NCBI GenBank assembly: GCA_045560295.1
Contig: JBJKZL010000004.1
Location: 196,566 to 260,565, forward strand
Direction: 5' to 3'
DNA from: Fidelibacterota bacterium
Lineage (GTDB): Bacteria > Fidelibacterota > Marinisomatia > Marinisomatales > Marinisomataceae
Length of the DNA: 64,000 bases
A program made the translations under genes and the position numbers. The notes beneath the pieces were generated by a model. The model was not told where the DNA came from, searched no databases, and saw only the letters and a program-made list of their open reading frames with translations. Below, one piece after another: positions 27,187 through 36,600 of the stretch. Every line of letters starts with the position of its first letter. Within the stretch, counting starts at the first letter, position 1.

Positions 27187-27708
27187 CTAGTAAAGACCGA
27201 GTTGTAATTTTGCTGCATCAGACATCATGTCTTGATTCCATTGTGGTTCCCAAACTAGTTCAACATCTACATTTTTTGCACCACTTAATGATGATAATTT
27301 TTCTTTGACTTCATCAGCTATAACTGGACCCATACCACAACCAGGAGCAGTTAAAGTCATTTGAATCATAATATTTACACCGTCATCTTCTTCTTGAATA
27401 TCAGTATTATATACTAAACCTAAATCGACAATATTAACCGGAATCTCAGGATCGTAACAAGTGTGTAATACATTCCAGATTTCCTCTTCATTAGCAAAAT
27501 TATTGGAATTAATAGCTCGTTTTTCTTCGCCAATTGCTTCCCCATCAATACCTTTAACCTGATACATATTGCCTTCAACAATAATAGTATAATTATCACC
27601 TAAAGACTGAGAAATAATACCAGGCATACCCTCCTTTAAAAGAGTTTTTTGCCCATCGGGGACACTGAATGCAAAAACATCAGCTTGGATTATAAATTCT
27701 TTATTCAT
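27187..27708 (-). CDS. sufT: SUF-system Fe-S assembly protein, long DUF59 form (SufT-like)
   Basis: C-terminal DUF59 core CYDPEIPVNIVDLGLVY ... TLTAPGCGMG, plus an N-terminal extension of about 70 aa. Confidence 0.7.
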   Translation of the reverse strand: MNKEFIIQADVFAFSVPDGQKTLLKEGMPGIISQSLGDNYTIIVEGNMYQVKGIDGEAIGEEKRAINSNNFANEEEIWNVLHTCYDPEIPVNIVDLGLVYNTDIQEEDDGVNIMIQMTLTAPGCGMGPVIADEVKEKLSSLSGAKNVDVELVWEPQWNQDMMSDAAKLQLGLY

Positions 27709-28123
27709 TTATTAGCTCTTTCTTAATGAACAACAAAGCACCAATGAATCCATTTTGTCTTTGACTAGAAATAGTTGGTCCTATATTAAGCCATTCAAAA
27801 ATCTTTATAGGTTCATCAAAATCATCAATAAAATCAATAATATTCTTTTTTTCTTCATTATTAAAACCAATCTGAAGAATTCTTAATAGGCCTTTAACTA
27901 TTGCACTTTCGGAGTCAGCAGTAATAGTTATACCTTCCTGATTGTGGAGATCTATCCATGTTTGAGATGTACATGCATGGACTTTATTAGTTTCTATTTT
28001 TTGCTTATCATCAATGAGATCTATCTTTTTTCCTAAATCAATTAAGTATACTAACCTATCTTGACCGTCAAGAATAGCAAATCCATCTCTAATATGTGAT
28101 AATTTTTCAACTATTTTATCCAT
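27701..28123 (-). CDS. sufE: Sulfur acceptor protein SufE
   Basis: 140 aa with VHACTSQTWI (conserved Cys loop). Lies between sufD and sufT/sufS. Confidence 0.75.
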   Translation of the reverse strand: MDKIVEKLSHIRDGFAILDGQDRLVYLIDLGKKIDLIDDKQKIETNKVHACTSQTWIDLHNQEGITITADSESAIVKGLLRILQIGFNNEEKKNIIDFIDDFDEPIKIFEWLNIGPTISSQRQNGFIGALLFIKKELINE

Positions 28124-29304
28124 CTATCCAATTGTTTAGATTTTCTTCTGATAAACTTCGTATATCTTCATCAAAAAATTCTTCTAGAATTTCTTTAGCA
28201 AATGCTTTAATAAGTATGTTATTAGCATCTTTTTCATTGATACCTCTGGCTCTTAAATAAAATATACTTTCTTTATCTAAGGCACCTGTAGTCGATCCAT
28301 GTCCACATTTTACATCATCTGCATAGATTTCTAACTGCGGATTAGAATGTGCAGTAGCACTTTTTGATAGTAGTAAGTTTTTATTTGATTGATTAGAATC
28401 AGTTTTCTGAGCACCGTGCGATACAATTACTTTACCATTAAACACACATGTGGCTTGATCATCAAGGATATTACGTACATTTTGAAAGCTAATACAATGT
28501 TCTGCATTATGATTCATTAAAATATTATTATCTAGATGTTGATCACCATCTCGCTAAATTTAAGATATTAATTTTAGCTTCTGATCCTTCTTTATTTAAA
28601 TCTACTTCGATAAAATTTTTATTAAAGGGTGAGTTAATATTCATACTATCAATGTTCAATAATACGCTTTGCCCTAATTGATAATAATTATATCCTAAAT
28701 AATTACTTTTTGTTTTATCATCATATAGCATAGAGTGATTGAAAATAGTATTATCAGGACATATAAACTTATTAAGATTAAGGTTGAAACTACCAGACCC
28801 CTTATTAACATCCTTTTCAATTATTGAAATATTATTACCTTCGTTCAGTTTAAAAATATTGAAAGATGAAATTCTGAGGTCTTTTTCAGACTTATTGTAG
28901 ATGTTTAGGATGTGAATCGGATTTTCAAATTTAACACCCTTATGAAATTCAAAATATTTTCCTGATTTAATAGAAGATATTCCTAGGTGGAAAAAAGCTT
29001 CTTGTTCAAAATTAGATGATGTAGAACAAATACTACTGTCGTCTAATTCATCAATGTCTGATACTGTAATTCCGTCTTTATAGATAAAATTATTTAAAGA
29101 CTCTTTAGCTAGCTCTCCATTTATAAAGCATAATGTATATTTATCATTATATTGTTCAATTGAAAAGTTGCTCTGATCTAGATTAATTAAGTTATACTTT
29201 TTTAAATGCTTACTTGGAGAAAACTTCCAACTTTCAAGTTTTTTTGACGGATAACCTAATTCTTCAAACTTATCATGACTATCTTGCTGTATTTTTTTTA
29301 ACAT
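28116..29304 (-). pseudogene. sufD: Fe-S cluster assembly protein SufD, split into two ORFs by a frameshift at an in-frame UGA
   Basis: The N-terminal ORF 28543..29304 ends ...AKINILNLARW-TGA. The +1 frame over the same bases reads GDQHLDNNILMNHNAEHCISFQ... It runs into ORF 28116..28517, which carries the conserved SufD C-terminal helix (AQKTDSNQSNKNLLLS, PQLEIYADDVKCGHGSTTGALD, FYLRARGI). Confidence 0.8.
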
Positions 29305-29307
29305 ATA

Positions 29308-30048
29308 TTATTTCGTAAGCCATGCATAGCCATTTTTCTCAACCTCATAAACTAATTTCATATCTCCAGATTTGACAATTTTACCATCAATCAAAATATG
29401 TACTACATCAGGTTTGATATATTCAAGTAATCTTTGATAATGTGTAATAATTAACACAGAATTATCCTTGTTTTTAAACTCATTAACACCTTTTGCTACT
29501 GTACGTAATGCATCTACATCTAAGCCTGAATCTGTTTCATCTAAAACAGCTAATTGTGGGTTTAGCATTAACAGTTGTAAGATCTCACTTTTCTTCTTTT
29601 CTCCACCGGAAAATCCATCATTAATTGATCGTTTTAGAAATGAGTCATCAAGACCAAGTTCAGATAATATTTTTTTAGCGCTAGTTAAGAATTCAACAGC
29701 ATCCATTTCTTCTTTTCCGGCATGTTTATTTTTTGCATTTAATGCTGCTCTTAAAAAATAAGCCATACTAACTCCAGGGATGGCTACTGGATATTGAAAG
29801 CATAGAAATAAACCTTGGAGAGCTCTATTTTCGATACTCATTTCAGTGATATCATCTCCGTTCATCTCAATTGAGCCGCCATCTACTTCGTATGCCTCAT
29901 TTCCAGCAATAACATTAGCTAATGTACTCTTACCCGATCCATTGCGACCCATAATGACATGAACCTCTCCTTTAGGAATATCTAAATCAATTCCCTTAAG
30001 AATATCTTTGTCTTCGATAGATGCTTTAAGATTTTTAATTTTAATCAT
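29308..30048 (-). CDS. sufC: Fe-S cluster assembly ATPase SufC
   Basis: Walker A GRNGSGKST, signature FSGGEKKK, Walker B LAVLDETDSGLD. Confidence 0.95.
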   Translation of the reverse strand: MIKIKNLKASIEDKDILKGIDLDIPKGEVHVIMGRNGSGKSTLANVIAGNEAYEVDGGSIEMNGDDITEMSIENRALQGLFLCFQYPVAIPGVSMAYFLRAALNAKNKHAGKEEMDAVEFLTSAKKILSELGLDDSFLKRSINDGFSGGEKKKSEILQLLMLNPQLAVLDETDSGLDVDALRTVAKGVNEFKNKDNSVLIITHYQRLLEYIKPDVVHILIDGKIVKSGDMKLVYEVEKNGYAWLTK

Positions 30049-30051
30049 TAT

Positions 30052-31497
30052 TTACCCTACGCTGTTTTCTAGTGTTACTTCAATTAATTGTTTTGCCTCT
30101 ACTGCAAACTCCATTGGCAATTCTGCAAATACTTCCTTACAAAATCCATTGACAATCATAGATACCGCATCATCAAGGTTAATACCTCTTTGATTGCAAT
30201 AAAATAACTGGTCTTCACCTATGCTCGATGTAGTAGCCTCATGTTCCATTTTTGCAGTTGGATTTTTAACATCAATGTAAGGAAAAGTGTGTGCTCCGCA
30301 TTTATCACCAATTAAGATAGAGTCACATTGAGAAAAATTTCGTGCATTTTCAGCATTTTTTAAAATATTTACTCCACCTCTATAAGTGTTTTGACCCTCT
30401 CCAGCGGAAATTCCTTTGGATATAATTGTGCTTTTGGTGTTTTTACCGATGTGAATCATTTTTGTTCCAGTGTCTGCTTGCTGTTTATTTTTTGTTACTG
30501 CTACGGAATAGAATTCTCCAACACTATCATCACCTTGCATAATAACACTAGGATATTTCCATGTTACTGCAGAACCAGTTTCAACTTGAGTCCAAGAAAT
30601 CTTAGATCTGTCTCCGACACATTTTCCTCTTTTAGTTACAAAGTTATAAATTCCACCTTTGCCTTCTTTGTCTCCCGAATACCAGTTTTGAATAGTTGAA
30701 TATTTAATTGTTGCATCCTTGTGGGCTACTAATTCAACACATGCTGCATGTAGTTGATTCTCGTCACGCATTGGAGCAGTACATCCTTCTAGGTAGCTTA
30801 CATGACTACCCTCGTCAGCTATAATCAATGTTCTTTCAAATTGACCAGTATTTGCTGCATTAATTCTAAAGTATGTAGATAATTCCATAGGACAGCGAAC
30901 ATTTTTTGGTATGTAAACAAAAGATCCATCACTAAATACTGCTGAATTTAAGGCAGCAAAATAATTATCAGTTCTAGGTATTACTGATCCTAGATATTTT
31001 TTAACTAATTCAGGATGATTAATTACTGCTTCTGAAAAAGAGCAGAAAATAACACCATGTTTTGAAAGTTCTTTTTTAAAAGTTGTTGCAACAGATACGC
31101 TATCAAAAACTGCATCTACAGCTACCCCTTCTAACCTTTTCTGTTCGTTGAGCGAAATACCTAATTTATTATATGTTTCAATAATATCTGGGTCAACATC
31201 ATCTAGGCTATCATTTTTTTTATACTTTGGAGCTGCATAATAACTCAATGATTGGTAGTCAACAGGAGTATAATCTACTTGTGCCCATGTAGGCTCATCC
31301 ATTTTCTTCCAACTTTCATAAGCTTTTAGTCTCCAATCGAGTAGCCATTGAGGCTCTTTTTTTAACTTTGAAAGTCTTTTAATGACGTCTTCGTTTAAGC
31401 CAGGCTCAAACGTAGTTTGTTCAATATCCGTTGTGAAGCCATATTTGTATTCTTGATCTAGGGTTGAATCAATAATTTGTTGATTTTTATCTACCAT
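30052..31497 (-). CDS. sufB: Fe-S cluster assembly scaffold SufB
   Basis: 481 aa with highly conserved SufB blocks ([39 protein letters not shown]). Confidence 0.95.
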   Translation of the reverse strand: MVDKNQQIIDSTLDQEYKYGFTTDIEQTTFEPGLNEDVIKRLSKLKKEPQWLLDWRLKAYESWKKMDEPTWAQVDYTPVDYQSLSYYAAPKYKKNDSLDDVDPDIIETYNKLGISLNEQKRLEGVAVDAVFDSVSVATTFKKELSKHGVIFCSFSEAVINHPELVKKYLGSVIPRTDNYFAALNSAVFSDGSFVYIPKNVRCPMELSTYFRINAANTGQFERTLIIADEGSHVSYLEGCTAPMRDENQLHAACVELVAHKDATIKYSTIQNWYSGDKEGKGGIYNFVTKRGKCVGDRSKISWTQVETGSAVTWKYPSVIMQGDDSVGEFYSVAVTKNKQQADTGTKMIHIGKNTKSTIISKGISAGEGQNTYRGGVNILKNAENARNFSQCDSILIGDKCGAHTFPYIDVKNPTAKMEHEATTSSIGEDQLFYCNQRGINLDDAVSMIVNGFCKEVFAELPMEFAVEAKQLIEVTLENSVG

Positions 31498-31856
31498 TAT
31501 GCTGAAAAGCTAATACCGCAGCCACATGTTCTGTTAGCATTTGGATTATTAACTTTGAATCCTCCGTTTAATAAGTCGTTAGAAAAATCTATCTCACATC
31601 CTCTTACATATATCCAACTTTTTACATCGCAGAATATTTGTATGCCATGACTTTCATATACTTTATCAAATTCTTTTTTCTCACCGTCAAAAGTAATATT
31701 ATATGACATCCCTGAGCAACCACCCGTATCAATTGCAACTCGAATACCTTTCTTTGAGGGTTCTTCGCTTTGCATGATATTTTTAAGCCGTGCAGCAGCT
31801 TTTTCTGAAATAGTGATTGTTTGTTCTAGTGATTGATTTTCCATATTAAAAGCCAA
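31497..31856 (-). CDS. A-type Fe-S carrier (HesB/IscA/SufA family)
   Basis: GGCSGMSY and C-terminal CGCGISF motifs. Confidence 0.85.
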   Translation of the reverse strand: MAFNMENQSLEQTITISEKAAARLKNIMQSEEPSKKGIRVAIDTGGCSGMSYNITFDGEKKEFDKVYESHGIQIFCDVKSWIYVRGCEIDFSNDLLNGGFKVNNPNANRTCGCGISFSA

Positions 31857-32160
31857 GTTTTTGTTTACCTTCCTCAGTCATCATTTCCGGGCTCCAAGGA
31901 GGATCAAATGTAATTTCTACATTTATAGTATCCATAAATTTTAATTCTGTAATCTTATTTTTGATATCGTCTATCATATACTGACCCATAGAACATCCTG
32001 GAGTGGTTAATGACATAGTAATGTCTACTCCAAATTTTTCCTTTGGCTGCTCATATATATTTAAATCGTAGATAAGTCCAAGATTCCAGAGATCTATTGG
32101 AAGCTCGGGATCATAGCACTGTTTTAGTATATCAATTATATTATTTTTTATATCTTCCAT
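31846..32160 (-). CDS. DUF59 (MIP18-like) Fe-S assembly-associated protein, short form
   Basis: CYDPELPIDLWNLGLIY ... LTTPGCSMG. First gene of the suf operon. Confidence 0.7.
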   Translation of the reverse strand: MEDIKNNIIDILKQCYDPELPIDLWNLGLIYDLNIYEQPKEKFGVDITMSLTTPGCSMGQYMIDDIKNKITELKFMDTINVEITFDPPWSPEMMTEEGKQKLGF

Positions 32161-32331
32161 AACAGGAAAAAAATTTAACTCATACAGCTGTGATGTCCTA
32201 TAATTTTAGAAAATATTTCTATTAATAATTATCTAATCAAATCTTCTCGAATTCTGACATAAAAATTCTAGTTTTTTTAATTTCCATAACTAATTGCTTA
32301 CTTTATTTCCGTAGTGTAAATTGATGTTCAT

Positions 32332-34194
32332 TTGAAGAAAGCAATGACTAAGAAAGCAAAATTAGAAACAGTAGATAATGTAACTATTCGATTTGCGGGA
32401 GATTCCGGAGATGGAATGCAGTTAAGTGGAGGAAGATTTACTCAAACCTCTGCAATTATGGGAAACGACCTAAGTACTTTACCAGACTTTCCTGCTGAAA
32501 TTCGTGCACCTGCTGGTTCTTTAGCTGGAGTAAGCTCATTTCAAATTCATTTCAGCTCTCAAGAGATTCATACCCCAGGTGAAAAGCCTGATGTATTAGT
32601 TGCAATGAATCCAGCAGCTTTAAAAGTACACCTCAAAGATCTTACCCCAGGTGGAGCTTTGATTATAAATAAGAATGCATTTACTACTAAGAATTTAAAA
32701 TTAGCTGGCTATGATAGCGATCCTACCGAAGATGGTTCATTAGAAGATTATTATTCGACGCATTTTATTGAGATGAGTAAAATGGTAGAGCGCGCCTGTG
32801 AAGGAATTGACTTATCACCAAAGTTAATTGATAGAACCAAAAATTTATGTGCATTAGGTGTTTTATTTTGGATGTATGATAGACCTCTAGAGCCTACGAT
32901 TGATTGGCTTAATAAAAAATTTAAATCTAAACCTGATGTTGTTGATGCTAATGTTAGAGCATTAAACACGGGCTATAATTATGGGGATACTGCTGAGATA
33001 TTTACTACAAGATATGTAGTAAAAAAAGCAAAATTAGCTCCAGGAAAATATAGAAACATTAATGGAACATTAGCTACATGTCTTGGATTATTAACTGCTG
33101 TCGAGAAAGGTAAGTTAAGTCTTACTTTTGCAGGTTATCCTATTACTCCAGCAAGCAATATCTTGCATACTTTATCTAACTGGAAAAGGTTTGGAGTGAA
33201 GACTTATCAGGCTGAAGATGAAATTGCCGGAATAGGGGCAGCGCTTGGTGCATCTTATGGAGGTTCTTTAGGTGTAACTGCATCCTCGGGTCCCGGGATT
33301 GCATTAAAAGGAGAATTTTTAGGTTTAGCGGTTATTACTGAACTTCCACTAGTTATTATTAATGTTCAAAGAGGAGGTCCTAGTACTGGTCTACCTACTA
33401 AAACTGAGCAATCAGATTTATTTCAAGCAGTTTATGGTAGAAATGGAGAAGCTCCTATGCCCGTAATAGCTTCATCTACTCCAGGAGATTGTTATTATAC
33501 AGCTTATGAGGCATGTAGAATGGCAGTAAAGTATATGACTCCAGTTATGATGCTTTCGGATGGTTATCTAGTAAATGGTTCAGAGCCTTGGATTATTCCA
33601 AATCCAGATGAAATGAATGATTTTGAATCTGGTTTTGTTAAAGAAAATTTAACGGACGAGCAATATTTACCTTATAAGCGAAATGAGGATACATTAGCTA
33701 GAGGATGGGCAATTCCAGGAACTAAAGGATTAGAGCATCGTATTGGTGGTATCGAAAAACAAGATGTGACAGGTAATGTAAACTATGACTCAGATAATCA
33801 TGAAAAAATGGTTGAGATTAGAGCAAAAAAAGTAGCAAATATTGCTAAAGAGTTACCACCTACAGAAATATTTGGAGAAGAAAAAGGCGATCTTCTTATT
33901 TTAAGTTGGGGTAGTACGCATGGAGCTTGTAAGTCTGCAACAGAATCTCTTCTTGAAGAAAATTTAAAAGTGGCGCATGTTTCTATTAGATGGATTAGTC
34001 CACTTCCAAGTGATTTGAAAGGTATTCTATCTAATTACAAAAAAATATTAATGCCAGAGATTAATACAGGTCAGTTTCGTCAGATGATCCGCGCAGAGTT
34101 TTTAGTAGATGCAATTGGATTGAATGAAGTTCAAGGTAAACCATTAGGCGCTTCTACTATAATTGCAAAAGCAAAGGAAATTATTAATGAGTGA
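32332..34194 (+). CDS. korA: 2-oxoglutarate/2-oxoacid:ferredoxin oxidoreductase alpha subunit (fused gamma-alpha type)
   Basis: 620 aa with FAGDSGDGMQ (gamma-like N-terminus), GYPITPAS, GPGIALKGE and RGGPSTGLPTK. The start is TTG at 32332, with an alternative ATG at 32344. Confidence 0.85.
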   Translation: MKKAMTKKAKLETVDNVTIRFAGDSGDGMQLSGGRFTQTSAIMGNDLSTLPDFPAEIRAPAGSLAGVSSFQIHFSSQEIHTPGEKPDVLVAMNPAALKVHLKDLTPGGALIINKNAFTTKNLKLAGYDSDPTEDGSLEDYYSTHFIEMSKMVERACEGIDLSPKLIDRTKNLCALGVLFWMYDRPLEPTIDWLNKKFKSKPDVVDANVRALNTGYNYGDTAEIFTTRYVVKKAKLAPGKYRNINGTLATCLGLLTAVEKGKLSLTFAGYPITPASNILHTLSNWKRFGVKTYQAEDEIAGIGAALGASYGGSLGVTASSGPGIALKGEFLGLAVITELPLVIINVQRGGPSTGLPTKTEQSDLFQAVYGRNGEAPMPVIASSTPGDCYYTAYEACRMAVKYMTPVMMLSDGYLVNGSEPWIIPNPDEMNDFESGFVKENLTDEQYLPYKRNEDTLARGWAIPGTKGLEHRIGGIEKQDVTGNVNYDSDNHEKMVEIRAKKVANIAKELPPTEIFGEEKGDLLILSWGSTHGACKSATESLLEENLKVAHVSIRWISPLPSDLKGILSNYKKILMPEINTGQFRQMIRAEFLVDAIGLNEVQGKPLGASTIIAKAKEIINE

Positions 34195-35200
34195 TAAGCC
34201 ACTATTAAAAAAAGCTGATTTCCAATCAGATCAAGCAATTCGTTGGTGTCCTGGTTGCGGAGATTATGCTATTCTAGCACAAACACAAAAAACATTTCCT
34301 GAAATCACAGAAGACAAAGAGAATACAGTTTTCATTTCAGGAATTGGATGTTCTAGTAGATTTCCTTACTACATGAATACATTTGGATTTCATACAATTC
34401 ATGGAAGAGCTCCTACAATTGCAAGTGGATTAAAAATGGCTAATCCAGAGTTATCTGTATGGTTAGTTACTGGAGATGGTGATGGATTTTCTATTGGAGG
34501 AAATCATATGATCCATTTATTGAGAAGGAATGTAGATATAAATGTTATGCTCTTTAATAATAGAATTTATGGATTAACTAAAGGTCAATATTCACCAACC
34601 TCAGAACAAGGAAAGGTAACATATTCTACACCTATGGGTTCACTAGATTATCCTTTCAAGCCAACAAAGTTGGCACTTGGTGCAGAGGCTTCTTTTGTAG
34701 CCAAGACAATTGATAAAGAACTCAAGCATTTACAAGCTATGATTAAAAGAGCCAATTCGCACAAGGGAACCTCATTTATTGAGATTTACCAGAATTGTAA
34801 TATTTTTAATGACGGTGCTTTTGCTAATTTGACTGATAGAGATACTAAAGAAGAGCAATTGCTGAGATTAGAAGATGGAGAGCCAATGATTTTTGGAGCA
34901 GAAAAAGATAAAGGCATTCATTTAGATGGTACCTCACCTAAAGTAGTTCAAATAGGAAAAGATTATTCGATAGATGATATTGTAGTTCATAATGAAAAAG
35001 ATAGATTCATAGGAGATATGCTAGCTAATTTTACTGCAAGTGAAGAATTTCCAGAGCCAATTGGTGTACTGTATTGTAAAGAGAGACCAAGTTACGATGA
35101 GCTGATGGAAGCTCAAATGAAAGAAGCTCAAAAAGACAGTAAGAAAACAAAAGGTTTACATGAATTATTAAATGCTGGAGATACTTGGGAGGTTAAATGA
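34187..35200 (+). CDS. korB: 2-oxoglutarate/2-oxoacid:ferredoxin oxidoreductase beta subunit (TPP-binding)
   Basis: WCPGCGDYAIL and GDGDGFSIGGNH. I prefer the ATG at 34187, which overlaps the korA stop, over the TTG at 34163. Confidence 0.85.
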   Translation: MSDKPLLKKADFQSDQAIRWCPGCGDYAILAQTQKTFPEITEDKENTVFISGIGCSSRFPYYMNTFGFHTIHGRAPTIASGLKMANPELSVWLVTGDGDGFSIGGNHMIHLLRRNVDINVMLFNNRIYGLTKGQYSPTSEQGKVTYSTPMGSLDYPFKPTKLALGAEASFVAKTIDKELKHLQAMIKRANSHKGTSFIEIYQNCNIFNDGAFANLTDRDTKEEQLLRLEDGEPMIFGAEKDKGIHLDGTSPKVVQIGKDYSIDDIVVHNEKDRFIGDMLANFTASEEFPEPIGVLYCKERPSYDELMEAQMKEAQKDSKKTKGLHELLNAGDTWEVK

Positions 35201-36600
35201 CAAAATTTAGAACTGAAAAAGATAGTTTGGGAGAAGTCAAAGTCCCTTTCAATGCTTATTATGGAGCACAAACTCAAAGAGCAGTTCAAAATTTTCAAAT
35301 TGGTTGGCCAATGGAATTCAGCCTTATATTGCCATATATAATTATTAAAAAAGCTGCTGCTATGACCAATCATTCGCAGAAAAGATTACCAAAAAAAATA
35401 TCTGATGCAATTATGAAGGCATGTGATGACATTACTGATCATCCAGAAAAATTTCTTGACGAATTCCCCGTACCTGTTTTTCAAACAGGAAGTGGAACAC
35501 AAACTAATATGAATGTTAATGAGGTAATAGCCAATAGAGCTAATGAAATATTAGGAGGAAATTTAGGAGAGTATAAGTTCGTTCATCCTAACGATCATGT
35601 AAACATGTCTCAATCTACCAATGATACATTCCCTACTGCTATTTTAGTTGGATGTGTACTTAGCGTTGAAGACAATTTACTTCCAGTATTGAGACTTTTA
35701 GAAAAGTCATTACAAAAAAAGAGTAAAGAATTCGACAAAATCATAAAGGTTGGCAGAACTCATTTGCAAGATGCTACTCCTATTAAATTAGGTCAAGAAT
35801 TCTCTGGATATGCTTCAATGATTAGCCATGATATTAAAAGAATTACACTTGCCATAAAAGAGTGTACAGAGCTTCCAATTGGAGGAACTGCTGTAGGAAC
35901 AGGAATTAATACCTTAGAAGGATTTGATTCTTTGGTATGTAGTTTTATTACAGAAGAAACTGATATTGATTTTAGTGTATGTGCTAATAAATTTGAGCTA
36001 CTTTCTTCACAAAATCCCTTATCTAACCTATCATCTCAACTCAAAATATGCGCAGGATCACTGAACAAAATTGCTAATGATATAAGATGGTTGGCTAGTG
36101 GACCTATGGCAGGAATTGGAGAACTAAAACTTCCATCCAACGAACCTGGAAGTTCTATTATGCCAGGAAAAGTAAATCCAACTCAATGCGAAGCAGTTAA
36201 TATGGTATATGCACAAATTTTAGGAAACGATTTGACAATCAATTATGCAGGCACTAATGGAAACTTTGAACTAAATACATATAGGCCAATTATTGCATCT
36301 TCTATACATGAATCTATTACTTTACTATCAGAAGTCGCTGAATCTTTTACACTTAATGCTTTAGATGGGTTAAAAGCTAATAAGGAAAAAATTAAAGAAA
36401 ATTTAGATAAATCATTGATGCTTGTAACAGCCTTAAATCCAGTAATCGGATATGAAAAATCAGCAGAGATTGCAAAAAAAGCTTTGAAAGAAAATATTTC
36501 ACTTAAAGAAAGTGCACAAAAATTAAAATATCTTTCGGAACAAGAGTTTGATGAGATCGTTAAACCAGAACTAATGGTTTCTCCAAAAAAATATGATTAA
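35197..36600 (+). CDS. fumC: Class II fumarate hydratase
   Basis: GSSIMPGKVNPTQCE signature and TGSGTQTNMN. Confidence 0.95.
   Translation: MTKFRTEKDSLGEVKVPFNAYYGAQTQRAVQNFQIGWPMEFSLILPYIIIKKAAAMTNHSQKRLPKKISDAIMKACDDITDHPEKFLDEFPVPVFQTGSGTQTNMNVNEVIANRANEILGGNLGEYKFVHPNDHVNMSQSTNDTFPTAILVGCVLSVEDNLLPVLRLLEKSLQKKSKEFDKIIKVGRTHLQDATPIKLGQEFSGYASMISHDIKRITLAIKECTELPIGGTAVGTGINTLEGFDSLVCSFITEETDIDFSVCANKFELLSSQNPLSNLSSQLKICAGSLNKIANDIRWLASGPMAGIGELKLPSNEPGSSIMPGKVNPTQCEAVNMVYAQILGNDLTINYAGTNGNFELNTYRPIIASSIHESITLLSEVAESFTLNALDGLKANKEKIKENLDKSLMLVTALNPVIGYEKSAEIAKKALKENISLKESAQKLKYLSEQEFDEIVKPELMVSPKKYD

Noticed and set aside
28543-28545. UGA in sufD as a recoded sense codon (Sec, Trp or Gly; alternative genetic code)
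   Set aside because: Read-through in the zero frame hits TAA TAA four codons later, and the conserved sequence is in the +1 frame, so reassignment does not repair the gene. TGA also serves as an ordinary stop for several well-conserved genes here, e.g. etfB, korA and yhhQ.
32219-32238. Fur/IscR-like operator (TATTAATAATTATCTAATC) about 60-80 nt upstream of the suf operon
   Set aside because: It matches the core of the Fur-box consensus in only about 10 of 12 positions. In DNA this AT-rich, such A/T palindromes arise by chance. It could be tested by motif enrichment upstream of other iron genes.
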